The position numbers and the translations under genes are program-made. Below the pieces are notes generated by a model. That model searched no databases. It saw only the letters and a list, made by a program, of their open reading frames with translations, and had not been told where the DNA came from. DNA of 64,000 bases from the human T2T-CHM13v2.0 reference genome, Homo sapiens, in assembly GCF_009914755.1 (NCBI RefSeq), contig NC_060927.1; one strand, given 5' to 3'. The number at the start of each line of letters is the position of its first letter. Position 1 is the first letter of the stretch. This document shows, in pieces, positions 60,051 to 64,000 of this stretch.

Positions 60051-60927
60051 TAATCAAACTACCATATTTTATTTATAGCTGCTCTCAAGGCACAACTGCT
60101 TCCAAAGTACAAGCTAGAACATTTCTAGTTTGGTCTGGAACCACAAAGGAAAGGTACACCAACATGCTGTACCTTGGAAAGCTGACCTGTAAAACGGAAG
60201 CCTTCTTCGTAATATTTAACCAAACACAGGGCCTGACACCTTCCAGTCCTCTTCTGACAGATCACTGCAATATGTTTGCTGTTTTAATATCATGATTAAT
60301 TAAAGAGCCAGCTGACAATTTTACAAACTAGGAAGGACACAGAGGAAACAGAATACGCGAACTATTCCTGGATCTTTCCTTTTATCCAGCCGGCATGTGG
60401 CACGCTATTCTTCATGAGTGAGAAAATCCATGCCCTAAATTCTCACTCATAAATGCATATTTAGTTAATATTGAACAAAAAGAAAATAGTCCAAATAATT
60501 TGTCAGATATGCACTTATAAAACGCACTGAGTCAATGAATGCAAAAATATTTTGAAGAGCCAAAAAGTGCTATCAGCTGCTAATAGAAGACACTAGACAA
60601 AGTACAGCATCTAGAATTGTTTTTATTGAGAGAAGAATTTTGCTGAGCCCAGAAGCAGAAACATCCAACATAGGTACCTAACACCACACACATACAGCAC
60701 CTCCAGGCGTCAGGCACAACTATCCTGCCCAGAGTCATGATACAGGTGAACACCTAGAAGTTAAACCCAATATATATACAATTTCCATGCCTCTAAGAAT
60801 TATTTACTTGTGTCTGGGACCCTAGACATACAGCAAGCAAGGCATTCAAACAACATGAATAGAGTGCCACGTTAACGAAGATCTCACTCCACTGGCCCAG
60901 AAGGGATTGGGATCCAAAGATGAGTAA

Positions 60928-61364
<437 letters not shown>

Positions 61365-61615
61365 TCAAATCCTATTTTGAAGGGACTTAGGTATGGATTT
61401 CATAAAAAAAGTGGCATTGGCATGGGCCCTTAAAAGAACAAGATCTCAAAGCAGGTTTGAGGAATGCGGCATTCTAAACACAGTACTTCAGTAGACACAA
61501 ACAAAGTATTTGCTATAACCCATTGATTATTGCATGAGCAGATTAAGTGAATTTTAACTGATTACTAAGAACAAGAGTTCCGTAAACTGTAAAACTATTT
61601 AAAATTTCCCATCTT

Positions 61616-61988
<373 letters not shown>

Positions 61989-63169
61989 TTAGGCATGTTA
62001 CAGAATCTCTCTGATCTACTTCTGCATCTTTGAAAAATATGGATAATGATACAGCCTGACCATTCTCCTTTGATCATACCACTTTTCTCATGGCATTTAA
62101 TATGGCCTACTATAATTACACATGGCTTTATCTCCCCTGTAGACCAAACCAAGAGCTCCTGAGGGCAAAGGCCTTTGCTTATTTACTCTGAAACGCAGCC
62201 CAGTGCCAGCTGTGCTAGCAGACACATTGTCAATGCCAGCTTCTACCCTTTCTGTTGGATTCCCACTTGCTATGAAAATCCTTTCCTTTGTTCTACAAAG
62301 TACACTGTTCTTCAAATCATGAAGTAACCCAGTTTCAAAATTTTAGTTTTACTTTGTAAGTTTCAGCATATCTCTATCCCAGTATGGTGGGGTTTCTTGT
62401 TGTTGTTGTTTTTGTTTTGTTTTGTTTTTAATATTGTAAATGTTATAGGTTTCAAAGATTATCTATTTGGGAACTTGGGCATAAACTCAACATATATACT
62501 TCTCATGCTTCCAAGTACTGGAAGCATGTGGAATCTGAGTGGAAAAATCATTTAAATTTAGCTTTAAAAATTAAAAAATTAAATAACGTTGGGATCCAAA
62601 GGAAAGACTCTTAAACTTTATGTTAACTGAACTTTCATTTCGGCCTTGTTTCCAATAGATTGAGAAAAAGATTGAATACCAAACAGCAACAAAAGCAGCC
62701 CATGATGCATTTCAGTATCATCAGGGTGGCTGTGGGGCTGAATTGTAGGATTATGATAGCCAAAATTCTTTACAAAACTGAACACTACCCTGCTAGTTGA
62801 TCGATTCAAACACAAAGTGTGAGCAGCAGTCAAAATTCCTTCTGTCCTAGAGAGAAGAAATGCCCTCAGGATGGAGGGCTGGAAAGAAAGCTCTCTGAGG
62901 CGGCTGACTGCAATGAAGGTTGCCAGTGCCCCCCGACTCCACCCCAGCTCCTCCCAGTCACAACCACTCAGCAGGCTGGTAACCCAGAAAGAACGATCCA
63001 CATTGAAAACTGAGTCATCATGAGAAAGGCTCCATCACAGACAATGCAAATAAGGTACAGGACAAAGGAAGGAAAGGAATATTGCCAAGAAAAGGTCAAT
63101 GAAGACACACCAGACAGCCAGAGAGATTATGCTGGAAAGAATTGGAAAGTTATGAACCAACATTTTTCC

Positions 63170-63171
63170 TT

Positions 63172-63206
<35 letters not shown>

Positions 63207-63514
63207 TCTATTTATTTATTTATTTATTTTTGAGAGGAAGTCTTATTCTATTGCCCAGGCTGGAGTGCAGTGGCATGATCCTGGCTCACTGCAACCTTTG
63301 CCTCCTGGGTTCAAGCGATTCTCCTGCCTCAGCCTCCTGGAGTAGCTGGGACTACAGGTGTCCACCACCACGCCCAGATAATTTTTGTGTTTTTAGTAGA
63401 GATGGGGTTTTGCCGTGTTGGCCATGCTGGTCTCCAATCCCTGACCTCAGGTGATCTGCCCGCCTCGGCTTCCCAAAGTGCTGAGATTACAGGTGTGAGC
63501 CACTGCGCCCAGCC
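63170..63514 (-). mobile_element. AluS with (TTTA)n tail
   Basis: (ttta)n at 63170-63230 followed by Alu body. Confidence 0.88.
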
Positions 63515-64000
63515 TGAACCAATATTTCTCTATGAGACTTTAAAAAATAGGCATAGCCTCCCTGAAACAGGAACTCAAATAAGAAACAGGACAACAAGGG
63601 GAGATTAAAAGATAGCAAAGTTCAGGGAAGAAATGAAGTTCAAGAAGAGTGAGGCAATCCCGGAAACGGATGCCGCACTAAACAGCAATAAAGGAAGTGG
63701 AGACACTGATGGAAACACAACCAAATATATGGAGGACACATTCCAGAAAATCCCAGTGATTGGCTCAAGAAGGAGCACATGACTCACAGACATTAGCTGC
63801 AGACTTTCTGGAACAAAGCCCAAGAAAGCTATCAGAAGAAACATTCTCCCTGGCTAACATTATGTCGCCAGCTGCTACCACGGTGGAAGTCAGCCCAAAG
63901 ACAAGGCCACATAACAAGAAAACCCCAAGAGAAATGAAGGCAGAACCTGAGAACACCATGATCCTCTGAGTCAAACTGCACCCGAAGCCCACCAGACCTT

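Overview
Human (primate) genomic DNA, recognisable as the 5' part of VGLL4 (TEAD co-repressor of the Hippo pathway, chr3p25) transcribed on the minus strand. Only two coding exons are supported. One is the CpG-island first exon encoding MLFMKMDLLNYQYLDKMNNNIGILCYE(G) at 45263..45182. The other is the 190-nt shared exon (G)EAALRGEPRMQTLPV...RIFNPH(L) at 3844..3655. They are joined in phase 1 across a ~41.3 kb intron. The rest is intronic or upstream sequence rich in Alu, L1, L2, MIR, LTR (THE1, LTR12F, MLT1, LTR37-like) and MER elements. Almost all ORFs in the supplied track are repeat-derived or chance ORFs. I see no prokaryote-type or wholly new gene system. The most interesting signal is a layered set of possible controls on the VGLL4 N-terminus and dose: a TATA-driven candidate internal first exon, a hybrid first/internal exon with uORFs and leaky start codons, two candidate poison micro-exons, and a probably polymorphic internal Met. 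There are also structural features: a near-abutting inverted AluY pair, a G4/TEAD-like 62-bp VNTR, an antisense LTR12F, an AluYb8 next to the promoter, and several perfect hairpins. Repeat subfamily calls are by eye and need RepeatMasker confirmation.
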